From the NCBI GenBank assembly GCA_964188305.1, contig OZ076894.1: a stretch of 64,000 nt of DNA. One strand, 5' to 3'. This DNA comes from Podarcis bocagei (taxonomy: Eukaryota). Both the position numbers and the translations under genes were made by a program. The number at the start of each line of letters is the position of its first letter. Within the stretch, counting starts at the first letter, position 1. Under the pieces are notes generated by a model. The model had not been told where the DNA came from and made no database searches. It saw nothing but the letters and a program-made list of their open reading frames with translations. Shown here piece by piece: positions 36,356 to 48,130 of the stretch.

Positions 36356-39007
36356 AAATAGAATATCCAGAACGGGAACTGAACAAAGAATATCTAGAAA
36401 GGTAATTTCCATTAAAGAGGAGGGATAACAGAATGCTTGCCAGGCTAGGTTGACTCATGAGGGTAAACACTATGCTTAGCAGTACTGCTAGGGCATCACT
36501 ATCAGACACCAATGGTGGCTCTGAAGGAGACCTTGCCTCAAGCAGCTTGTACCATAAGAATATAAGCAATCCATCACAGCTACTCAATTAGGTAGAATGC
36601 TGCATTATCTAGATTCTTTGTGCTACACTATGGACTTATTGACTAAAAAAGAAAGGAGAGCTTTACTTCATAAGAGAAGGCTGAATATGCAGCATGGCCT
36701 GTCAGTATTCTCCATCATACACTACGCTTTTGCAATAGTTTCTGCTTTAGGAGAATGCTGTCTGGTATCAAAAGCACAGACCTCTGGTGTGCAACAAAAT
36801 AAATAGCAAACAAGAAAATAATGAAGAAAAATAAGAGGGTAAGGCACTCAGAAACCAGGAGGGGAAAAACCAACAACCCTCTAGTGGAATGCGGTATGTC
36901 TCTCTCTCCCCCACAACTGAGCCATTCATTCAATGCTTCTCTTCCCATCTTTTTTGTTTTAAATATAAATACACCAAGTCCAAACAACTCTAAATTTAGT
37001 GCCAGGTTTTGTTTTGTTTTTGTTGCTCACAGACCAGCAACTATGAAGCTAGAAGGGCAAAAGTTAGATTCATTTAAGATTTATTCTGCTGCACTCCAAG
37101 AGGTGAAAAAAAGGTGAAGACAAGTCAAGAAAAGGGAATGTTTATAGCAAACACATTCTCACAAGGGTTAGAAAATTCTGCAGCGCATTTGCCTTTTTGT
37201 ACAGGAAGTCTCATGGGCAAAAGGGAATGGCCTATAGCAGGATTAGACAAGAAAATAAATGATAGCTGTTGAAGATTACAAGAGCTTTAGATATGAAAAC
37301 ACACACACACAAAGCTAACTTTTGCAATACTGCTTCTTCCAAGTATAGATAGACCAAACTAAATCTTCTTCAAGGTTTAACAGCACATGCAATTTTAAAA
37401 TTGATATATTTCTCACTTGCCACATACTGCTTATGAACAAGGAAAAGGTCTATCAGGGGTCAAATTAAAATTATTACTAACCGACCAAAAATAAATAAAA
37501 TGAGTTTGATCTTCACTATGGTCAGTGAAGTCTGTTGGTAGTATAAAGATTTTATGCTGCTGTCTTTCAGTTGCAGCTCCTTGTGCAACCTGAAAAGCTG
37601 TTTGAGGCCTGAAAGTTGTGTATTGTTTAACAACTCTTTGAGGTAAAGGGAGCTGGGAATAGAGATGTCAAGTTCATCCTCAGCAGCCATGGGCCCACAA
37701 ATTGGCAAATCCATTCAGGGTATGGGACAACACCAGGGTGTTGTATTATACCTATGTAAGGTACCAGTGGAGGGAACATCTTGAACCAGGACCTCCAATA
37801 GCCAGTCTACAGTGCTTTCACTCCTGCATCACCAGTACTCTGGACCAACACATGGTCAGCAGTCCAAGCAACAAAGGAAAGAGTGGCCTCAGAGCTGCAG
37901 CTCCATCCTGAGGGCAGTCAACTAACTTTCCAGGTTTGAATACAGTGAGATGACTCCTTAAACTGATCCGGACATGTCAGATTCTAAAAAACTCATTGCG
38001 GTCAAGTTAGTTAGAGCAATGTATTCTTGACCCTGGCATCTATCAGTCCGTGTAGACATTTATTGAGCTAGATGGACAATGGTTTCCTGTGTCTACCTGT
38101 GCCTTCACAACACCATAGTTTATATTGGGAAAAAATACTTCAAGAAGCACAGCTGTGCTAAGGAAGGGGATCTACTGCAATTTAATTCTAATATCCTTTT
38201 AGAAAATAGAATGAAGTCAGAGATCTTGAGCAGATTTCTTGTTCCCTTTTTGCCTATACTCTCTGTTAATAGCTCTCAATAACTCAGAAGAAACTTACTG
38301 TAGAAAAGAAAAATAAATATATTATTCGTAGTAAACTTTGATTTTGGGCCCATACAATAAAATTGGTGTCTCCCCCCCCCCCATCTCGATCCACACTACT
38401 GGTATACTAAAAGCAACAAACAATTACTGCAGGGGACACAAGAAAGTAGAACACATCTGCTAATACCCTATAATAACCAAAATAAGTGTGATTTAGCAAC
38501 TCCACGGGACTGGGGTTTATATCCCACTTGGAAATTTCCAAGCATAGCGGTGGTACAAAGCCATGCTCTTGCTGTGCAGAAACTTGTGTATTTTATTATA
38601 TATTGAAACCTAGCTTTATCACAATTCCTATATTGCTTGTTTTAGCACCTTTTAATAAAAAATATGGTTTTTAATTTGATTGAATTGATAAGGATTATGA
38701 ATCAAATTAAAGGGGAAAAAGAGCTTTCCCCATATTATGTATGTCATTTTATCATTGCTGAACATGCAATCTGGATCCACAGAACGTGCTCTCAGTAACT
38801 TAAAATTTGGTTCAGAGCTTTCTTTTCACCACCCCATCCCACCTGAAATACTTTCAGACAAAGAAGGAAAGCATGTGATGACACACTGAATGATTAGATA
38901 TTAGTAGCCATATAATAGTTGTCAACAGATTTCAGTTCCTCAGCAACAGTTCTACAGCAACAGCTATACTGATTCCCTTTAGTTTCTAGAATAAAGACAG
39001 ACAATCA

Positions 39008-39008
<1 letters not shown>

Positions 39009-39045
<37 letters not shown>
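39009..39045 (+). repeat. (ATCA)n microsatellite
   Basis: Direct reading. Confidence 0.9.
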
Positions 39046-39046
<1 letters not shown>

Positions 39047-39822
39047 TCTCATGCCAAAGATAGAGGTCAATGATCTACTAGTAAATTTCTGTCTTAACAT
39101 ATTTAAATATTAAAGATGACAGCATTCCTTAATGTCAATACAAAACATATTGATATATTGATATTTTTTTAGAACAACATTTAATTGCAGTAGTTTATGT
39201 GTATCTCATCTCAGACATGTTGAGTCCCAAAACTGGGATGTGTGTCTTCCTGGCAGTGCTCCTGTGCAAGTCACATGACCCGCACAAAATCACAGAGCCC
39301 CAAAGAAGCACTTTTTGTGGGCCATGCTCTCATGCAAGAGCATGACACCTGGAAACATGTGCTTTGGGGCGCTGCATGAGATCGCGGCCCCAAAAAACTG
39401 GTTTTCTGGTGTGACAGCTCAGTGCAAAATTGTGTGAGATCACGATATGCAAAACGACTGCCACACTCTTGCATAAAAAATGGAATGTCCCAGTTTTTTT
39501 ATATGGGGTATGCCATATAAAATCCATGTATGTCTGACATATAAAATTATTAGTTATATTTACAAAGACATATGTGTATTTGATCATCGCTCTTCAAGCA
39601 TTCAGCTTGTTCTTAGACTGAAGATTCAGCTAGATAAGTTTATAGGAGATCTAGAATCAGTCACATGACTCTGTCCACCACCCCATGCCTATTCTTTGCA
39701 GGGTAAAGACAGCCATGCTTCATGCAGTTCCTTTGGAGAATCAAAAAACTATGCCTAGGTTACATAAAGCATCAACTGACAAAACTTAAGGCTTCATCTA
39801 ATGTGCATGTCAAAACACTCTC

Positions 39823-39824
<2 letters not shown>

Positions 39825-39864
<40 letters not shown>
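39825..39864 (+). repeat. (CA)n microsatellite
   Basis: Direct reading. Confidence 0.95.
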
Positions 39865-39867
<3 letters not shown>

Positions 39868-42174
39868 TCAACCTGGCTGCTTGTTTAAAACCAGAATCTT
39901 CAAGTGGAATCATGGTTTGTAAATCAGGAGAGCTGGAGGATAAGCGGAATATTGAGACCCTGGTGACTCCTTCAGATAATATGGAAGTCCTAAACCATAT
40001 CACTTTTCTTGATACTAGTGGGTCCTTTCCTCTAGGCCTATATGCTAGGACTACAACTCGCCATTTGCAGTGAAGGTTATTTTGGATGAAAGGGATAGCA
40101 TTTGAGAGAGTGATCTGGCCTTGGAGGCATAAAAGTCTTTAATTCACCCTCACAATAGTTTATCAAGTTGCTCACCTGGAGCTTTTCTCACTGCCCAAAC
40201 CAATCATGTTCTGTGAGTTCCTTGTCCAGGACAGAATAAATACCATCTCTAGCCAGTGATGGATTTAGGGAAGTGTGGGTGGTTTCCCCACATAGGGTGC
40301 CGAGCCGAGGGGGTGCAAAATTGAGAAGATCTACAGCTGAGAAGATCCAATTAGGGGCACCAGATTTTGGCCCCGCTCAGGGCACCATACTACCAAAGAT
40401 TACCAAAGTCTGCCCCTCCTCTGGTACTATGCAATTTCCTTTTCCCAGTCCCTCTTACTGGTTTCCTTTGACTGTCTACCTGGTTGCAACTCTGGTTACT
40501 GCTGATCTTGGTTTTGCTTTGAGCCAGTCATATTGATAAAAAAGACTCTTTCTGAGCCTGATTTCCATCAGTTACACCCGTTTTTTCTTCCTGTTCGCTT
40601 CCCTTCATAAATCTTATCCGATGCCTGAAGCATGAGTGCTTTACATTTTCTCTGGTGCTTTGATTCTGTAAAGATGTGGGGCTTAAGCATGGCATACATT
40701 TTGTATCAATACAAATTACCCAGAATACTTCAATCAAAACCTGGTTTCATTCCAGCTTTTAATTATTTGCCCAGGTAATTTTAACCACTTTGACAATATT
40801 TATGCAAAGTACTTGCAGGAAAATTTAAACTGCAGTGCCATGTATGCTGCATAAAAAGATGTCTGAGCATATTCAATAAAAAGGTGGCACTCTGCTTTTT
40901 GGACATCTGTTACGAAAAGCAGAAAAGCAGCAAGTTGCAGCATATAAAGTTATATTTAATGTAACTTTAAATTGCTGTTCTGATATTACACTGGACTGTC
41001 ATAGTAATTTCATTTCTTCATTCCAAGTTAACTTATAGGCACCTTTGTTGGTACAGAATATAGCTTTATGTCATATTTTTTAAACCTTCTCATTTCATGC
41101 AGAAAATGTCAATAAATATAATAGGATCTTCATTCATTTTTAAACCATATTTGAAATGCGTGCGGCAAAAGGGGTATAATAATAAGAGAGATTACCCGCT
41201 TATTTTTCAGATCATACCTAATAGTCTGTGTTATCATTTTCAGTCATAGTTCACCAGAGCTAAATAATAAAAAAAATAATAAAACTGGCCACCTTTGCAT
41301 GTAATTAGACTTCAGGAACAAAGTTGGTAAACTCTGTGTTGTGTTAAGCATAACACAGATAAATCCTTGTGGGCAAGATGAAACAATTTAACAAAATTAA
41401 ATGGAAGGTAATACTTTGTAAAGGTATATAATAAAGCAAGTAAGCTACCATGATTTAACACTGTGAAAAAATGTGTTTCAGCTGTGGAAGAACATGCCAC
41501 AGTGCAAATTGTCTTATTCTGCCTGAAACTGAGGACAAACATGGAATATTTTATGCACTGAAGCTTAACGCTTTGTAAATTATGCCAGGAAGTCAGGCAG
41601 TTCAATACCTCTCATTTAAGTATGGATGGCACTGTTGCAAATTGTGGCAGAGTCATTTATTTTCAGGAGCAGTGGGGAAAATATTTAAAGAATGTTGTGC
41701 ATATTCTTTGAAGGGGGAAAACACACAGAGACTGTGTAAGTCTTCATAATGTAGCAAAAAAGCTGATTATCATATTCTCTCAGGCCTGTCATTAGCAATG
41801 CCTCTGCCGCAAAGCCCATGTCAGAAAGAAGGTTCACTGTAAAAAAAAATAAGGATGAATTATCTTCTAAAACTAGACTAACCCAGACCCATAAGTCACA
41901 GTCATTTTTTCAAGAAAGGTGTGGGGTTTTTTGGTAAGGGGGTGGGATGTGTTGTATAGAATTTTGTTCAAATTAAAATGAACTGGTGAAGCAGACCAGG
42001 AAAGAAATCTTGTGGTCGTGAATGGAAAAAGAAAAACATCAACCCAGTCATATGGCAACTGTTCACTTGAAAGAATAGAAAAACTTGGTAAACTCATACC
42101 TAAGTACACACATGGAGTTATGGGATTGTGGCCAATATTCTTGAATAGCAGTACAGTACCACTATACTGCACTG

Positions 42175-42362
42175 AGGCCCTAAACAGCCTCGGTCCAGTA
42201 TACCTGAAGGAGTGTTTCCAACCCCATCGTTCTGCCCAGACACTGAGGTCCAGCACCGAGGGCCTTCTGGCGGTTCGTTCACAGAGAGAAGCGAAGTTAC
42301 AGGGAACCAGACAGAGGGCCTTCTTGGTAGTGGTGCCTGCCCTGTGGAACACCCTCCCACCA
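42175..42362 (+). mobile_element. L2-clade LINE ORF2 C-terminal fragment
   Basis: ALNSLGPVYLKEC...RSSTEGLL...TRQRAFLVVVPALWNTLP. Confidence 0.85.
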
Positions 42363-42616
42363 TGAACATGAAATTTATTATGGTCAGAGACCAGCTTGTG
42401 AAACACAAATGAAACTACAATCCCAAAAGCAAAACAAACATTTAAAACAATATATAACAATGGATTTTAAGTTTAAAAATGCAGTAGGCATATAAACACA
42501 TAAAAACTTTAAGATAGACTACCATAGAGAAATGGCCTAGAGTCGCCCGTGGATCCGAGTTTGGCAATTTTCTTAACAAACTATATTGAATCGGGGGATG
42601 GTCTGCGCCTACAGAT

Positions 42617-43746
42617 CTGTGAGTGTTGGAAGATGGAAGACCTATTAGGCAGTCTGAAACTTAAGACAGATATTTCTGGTCACAGTCTCTTCTTGTCTGT
42701 GCCAACAGAAATTGTCTGACTACTAGACAGCAGAGCCTGAGTGGTGGACTGGAGGCCCACCCGCAAAGCCATCTGCCCGAGAAGTGGCAAACAGATTTAT
42801 TGGGGTAATTGCATATAGTTTACATGTTTCTCCATCAGGCAACTTATAGTCTTGCTGTTGTCTTCTGACTCATCCACTTAAATGTTAAGCGTAAGTATTT
42901 ATGTATAGACCAGCAGTTTATGAATCACAGCCATAGAAATCTATTGGCAAAGTAGCAAATCCTACCATTTATTCAAATATACCCTCTGACATTGCTTCAA
43001 GTCAGAAATAACAGATGTTAGTAAGACTCCCACATGTGCATTGCTTCTCTTACCATATTATAGGCCTATAAAGGATTTATTCTGCAGATTTCTTTACATC
43101 TTTAATACCGTGTTGTTACAAAACGCTCTGAGAACCCAGCATTTTTGCAATTATAACTGGTGTAGTGTATACCTTATGGAAGTATTAACATCTGAGGCAT
43201 CTACAGTCTGGAGCTATGTCTGACATATGGGAACAGGATACTGGTAAAAACATTCCCATATCTACTTATCCCAGTCGTCCCCACAATTTAAAGAAATGCT
43301 CATGCTTGTGCCCACTACACCTCAACAGATGTGACTTGTGGGGCAGAGAGACTTGCAACATGATGTTAGGAGAGGGTGTCCCCACACATTTCAGGAAAGA
43401 GGAACGTTAAGCATGAAGGTATTATTTTCAGCAGGATCCCACATATTTCCCTTAGTCATGTCCTCTGAGTTACATGTCAGTGCTACCCAGCACAGACATA
43501 TAAGGAAAGGGATCAGAGCCATGTGTGCCACTGTGACTCCAGAAATAAAATCAGAGGTGCTAGTAATGGAAAGATGAAGAAAGATGAAGCGGAAGGGAGT
43601 GGAGACTTTCACTCCAGTCCACCACTTAGGCTCTGCCCCCTAGTAGTCAGACAATTTCTGTTGGCACGGACAAGAGACAGTGACCAGAAATATCTGTCTT
43701 AAGTTTCAGACTGCATAAAAAGTCTTCCATCTTGCAACACTCACAG
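42617..43746. repeat. Long inverted repeat, arms 42617-42754 and 43612-43746, ~860-bp spacer
   Basis: ctgtgagtgttggaagatggaagac...gcagtctgaaacttaagacagatatttctggtcac...gtgccaacagaaattgtctgactactag...gtggtggactggag and its reverse complement. Confidence 0.9.
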
Positions 43747-44341
43747 CTGTCACATTAGTAATATATTAGGATCCACTACAATGGAGACTGCTAAACATGT
43801 GTATTGTTTAACAATTCTTCTTTAGCTATTGCAGCTCTGACTCTGAGCATCTCAGGCACTTCGCTTCAATGAAAATTCTGTAGACATTTCTTCTTTTGTT
43901 GCTGTATTTTAACATAAAACCTCAAGTGCAACTCCTGTGGGAAGTGTGAACTAAGGCACAAAATGCCAAATTATTATGTATTTGAACATTAAACACAGAT
44001 AAAAATATTTAACTATGAAACCTCTGTACCTATTCCCCAGCTGTCAAAACCTTCCTTTTATAATAATATTGCTACTACTGAATAAAAGCCTACATTAATT
44101 CTAGAAAGCGTTTGGGCTGGGGAACAGCTACTGCAAAGTCACTTCCAGGTGTTGTGACTAAATTGCATTGTTAGGTAGTATATAGGAAGACTGAATTAAC
44201 TGTTGTGGATCATCATGGGTTTCAGCGCCTCTAATGCATATCATGTTTGGGCCAGGGATGTATCCAAATTCTAGCCATTTTTATGTACACCAGCACAGTA
44301 TTTATTCCTTGGCTGTCAGAAGAGTGCTTGAGACTGTATAG

Positions 44342-44480
44342 CAGGGCTGGGGAACCTGCAGCCCTCTGGATTTTTGTTGGACTCCAAATCCCATCAGCCC
44401 CAACTAGCATGGCCAGTGGTCAGGGATAATGGGAGTTGTAGTTCAGCAGCACTGAGCGAGCCAATGTTTTCCCAGCCCTG
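44342..44480. mobile_element. hAT-type palindromic MITE
   Basis: TIRs cagggctggggaac / ttttcccagccctg, 8-bp TSD ctgtatag/ctgtttag. Confidence 0.85.
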
Positions 44481-44984
44481 CTGTTTAGCCTATACCCATA
44501 ACCACTAGATTAGTATACACTATTGTTAGTCAAGGGCAGTAGGATGGAGCATTGTGGACCGTTAGCTAGGGTTGTGAATATGAAGGAGGACAGGTTGCCA
44601 TTGCCATTAAAAAAGATGACAGTGGCTTCTTATAAAGTCATCATTTGCAACGATGACAACTTCTCTTTTTAGGAAAGATGGCTTGAATATATGGTAGCAG
44701 AGTAGGTTGAATCATTTCTAGATGTGGCATCTTTTTTCTAACTATTTCAATCAGGGTTTCAGTTTGCTAAGGAGACCAAGACTGCTTTAAGCTTTCTGTA
44801 GATTTTGACATGAACATGGCAGGGAAACCATTTTAAGGTTAAAACCTGCATTTCCTTATAGGTAACCTTTCATGACTCACATGGTAGTGGTGGACAGCTA
44901 AAAGAGGGTAGGAACAAAGCGACACTCCATTTGTATCTATGGATCCATACACACCACATTTACGTACAACTATTCACACACACA

Positions 44985-45345
44985 GTGGGTGGTGCTGTGG
45001 TCTAAACTACTGAGCCTCTTAGGATTGCCGATCAGAAGGTTGGCGGTTTGAATCCCTGCAACAGGGTGAGCTCCTGTTGCTCGGTGTCCCAGCTCCTGCC
45101 AACCTAGCAGTTCGAAAGCACATCAAAGGTACCGCTCCAGCGGGAAGGTAAACCGCGTTTCCGTGCGCTACTCTGGTTTCGGTGTTCCATTGCACCAGAA
45201 GCGGTTTAGTCATGCTGGCCACACGACCTGGAAAAACTGTCTGCGGACAAATGCCGGCTCCTTTGGCCTGTAAAGCGAGATGAGCACCACAAACTCAGAG
45301 TCGTCTGTGACTGGACCTAACTGTCAGGGGTCCTTTAGCTTTACC

Positions 45346-45349
<4 letters not shown>
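44985..45349 (+). mobile_element. Sauria SINE, near full length
   Basis: tRNA-like head (tggtgctgtggtctaaa A box; ggtttgaatccc B box), body, and (ttacct)-type tail followed by (CA)n. Confidence 0.92.

Positions 45350-45390
<41 letters not shown>
45349..45390 (+). repeat. (CA)n microsatellite
   Basis: Direct reading. Confidence 0.95.
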
Positions 45391-45392
<2 letters not shown>

Positions 45393-47403
45393 TATTCATC
45401 TAACCCATCCATCCACACTCATACATACATTTATCTTCCAGCTATACGGTCTTTTAAACCTCATCTCTCTCTTTCTTTCTCCCTAATTTCTCCCCTTATC
45501 TCTTCCCCCCTACTCCTCTTATCTCCCATGGCAATTAGGCTTAGGAAAAAATTCCATTCACATGAATAAAACCGTCAGTGCAATTGCTCAAAGTCCATAC
45601 AATTGTTTCCCTGTGAAGGTTAGGATGAGCCTCTTCCTGGTGGTTTTCTTTAGGGGCTGCAAGGCCTCTGGTCCTGGATAGCTTATGGTAGAGGCACCAG
45701 GTTGCTCCCAAGATTGGGGTGGGGTGGGGTGCTGCGTGTGTGTAATGTCATGTGTGTCACACACCTATAATGACGCATGCACGATGTGTGCGCAACGGAG
45801 GAAGCTGAGCACTGGAGGACCTGCAACACATAAAGCATGTTGTGCGCACAGGTCCACCTCAAGATTGAAGGGGCCTGGGCCCCTTAAAACAAATTTGAGG
45901 TGCTGAGGTCCCCTCCCCTAGAGTTGGTGCACTTGGCCTATGGGAGGTGATGTGAGCTGCTGATTTGAGTTGTTGTTCACTGCCAAATTTCTTTTGGCTC
46001 ATTGTTATTATGGTTTCATTGCGTTCTGGTATGAACCTAGGCAATGCAGTATATCAATATTTTAATTAAATATTTATGAATATCAAAGGAAAGAATATAT
46101 ATTGGTTGCACTTGTTCCACTATTCCATTGACATAGATGCACAATACTTGTACAAAGGCCTTTCATATAGCATGCAGAATGGATGATATGTCTGTATGTA
46201 GTATGCACATATTCTGCTGGGGTGTATGTTCCCTCCTGGTCTACACATATTCACCACTAACAACTACATGAAAATTCAACATTAAATACAAAAATAAAAA
46301 TGTATGTGGATGACATTTGCTCACTGCAAAGCACCTGAGAGGTATTAATGTTCAGGATTTCAATTAGAGGTGGGTGAACTTGCTTAGCTAAAATAAAAAG
46401 CAGCATGAACATCTGGCCATTCTCTCAAAATGAAGTTAAGTATGCTTTTATTTGGCAAGAGAGGAGAAGTTCAGATCCAGATCAGGTTTCAGGCTATATT
46501 TTGGTTTCCGGGCAAATCATATTTAAGCTTCTAGTTCAGATTAGATGAGTGACTTTTCAAAAGCAGCCTTACACTGAAGAAAACTCACAACTTCATTTGT
46601 TCTTCTGTAATCTATTTTAACTTGGAACCCCCTTTGCCTAATTTTGGTAGTGTGAAGCTGAAAAATAGATTTCTTTCAATTTTAAATCCCTGTCAGAATG
46701 AAAATAATACAATCATATTTGAAAACAATTCTTCACATTCCACACTTAATTGTAAAACAGCATAATGAAAGAGAAGGGCAGAAAGCTGCCACTGAAACAA
46801 GAACATACTTTATATTAGAGAACAAACCCTCATGTGTAGCAGTGTAGCATTCTTCAAAAATCACTATTTGTGGGGAGGGTTATTAAAGTTTCTGGCCATG
46901 ATGCAATGGACATATATAGACAGTACAAAGATTTGAATGTACTCAAGTGCATTTTTGTGTGCTCTTGATTAGACCTAACACATATCCTCACAATTCTCTC
47001 ATCAGAAGGAATTTTCTCTTTTTATGGAAAGCTCATACTTAAAATTAGAAATTGCCAAAGCACTTTCATTTTGTGTTGAGTTCTTCTCCAGCTCATATTT
47101 CAAGCTGATCCAGAGAATTCTTTCCCCTCAGCCAGGGCTTTTTTGCAGCTGTAACTCAGTTCCGACACCTCTCAGGTGGATGCCATCGTCCATTATAAGA
47201 GAACAAGGGAGGCATTCATGGTGAGTTCTGGCACCTGCCCAGCACTGCTCTCACCTATACTGAGCAACACCTTCACCTCTTTACATTCCTTCTTGTTTTT
47301 GCTTTTAGCTCTGACACTGGGGAAAAAGTAAGCACAGCAGTATCTTCCACCCCTTTGCCTTCCATTGGTGCCTGGTGCTGTCACAAAAGTAGGATGGATG
47401 CTA

Positions 47404-48130
47404 TTGAAGAATGGAGAGATCTCCTTATGTGGAGATCTGAAGACCCAAGGATTACAAATTTGATTAAGGTGAAAGTTGGAGCTTTGGGGACATTTGGACT
47501 TGAAAGGAATAAGAAACAAGATTTGGGCTCCACTTTTAAGTATGGAGGTCTGGCTGGAAGAAACATTGTCCCTATCGGGCCAGAGCGTCTCCGAGATTTG
47601 GTGTTTAATACTAAGGACTATCAAAAAAACCGGCAGAGAGGAACTGAGAGAGAATTGAGAGCCTCGGACGTGAGATCTCCAGGCTGATAGCAGATTAAGA
47701 CTGATGGACATCTGTTGGGGATTGAAACTGGGAAAGGGGACGGGGTGGGGTTTGGGGATCCAAAGGGTGCATAATTATAATCCATCTTTTTTCTTTTTAT
47801 TCTGTTTTGTTATTAGTATGAAAAGTGGGGAATTCGTGGAAGGGAATTTGGGTCGATTTTAGAAAAAGGATTTAAGATTTAAGAATGAACATTGATGCAA
47901 AAATTTTGATGTTGTAAAAATGGTCTTTTAAATTCAACTAAATATAATTAAAAATTGGGGATAAGAACTTGTTGAATTAACAATTTGAATTGGAATATAA
48001 GAAGGGGAGGTGTGGGGAAGTCAGAGAAATATGTTATAGAAAAGAAGGGTTCTAAACTGTATATGTCTTTTTTGTTTTTTTTGTTTTTTGAAATGGAAAA
48101 TTCTTAATAAATATCTATTTAAAAAAAAAA
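47404..48130 (+). mobile_element. 5'-truncated L1-like or L1-mobilised retroposon with poly(A) and TSD
   Basis: TSD aaaagtaggatggatgcta at 47385-47403 and 48127-48145; AATAAA then A10; G-rich and T-rich 3' UTR. Confidence 0.85.

Noticed and set aside
37460-37714. 84-aa minus ORF with protein-like composition (ELDISIPSSLYLKELLNN...)
   Set aside because: No recognisable family, no convincing splice sites and no neighbouring exons; unresolved without a search.
41873-42460. 195-aa minus ORF and 117-aa plus ORF
   Set aside because: Explained by an L2 fragment plus chance read-through into flanks.
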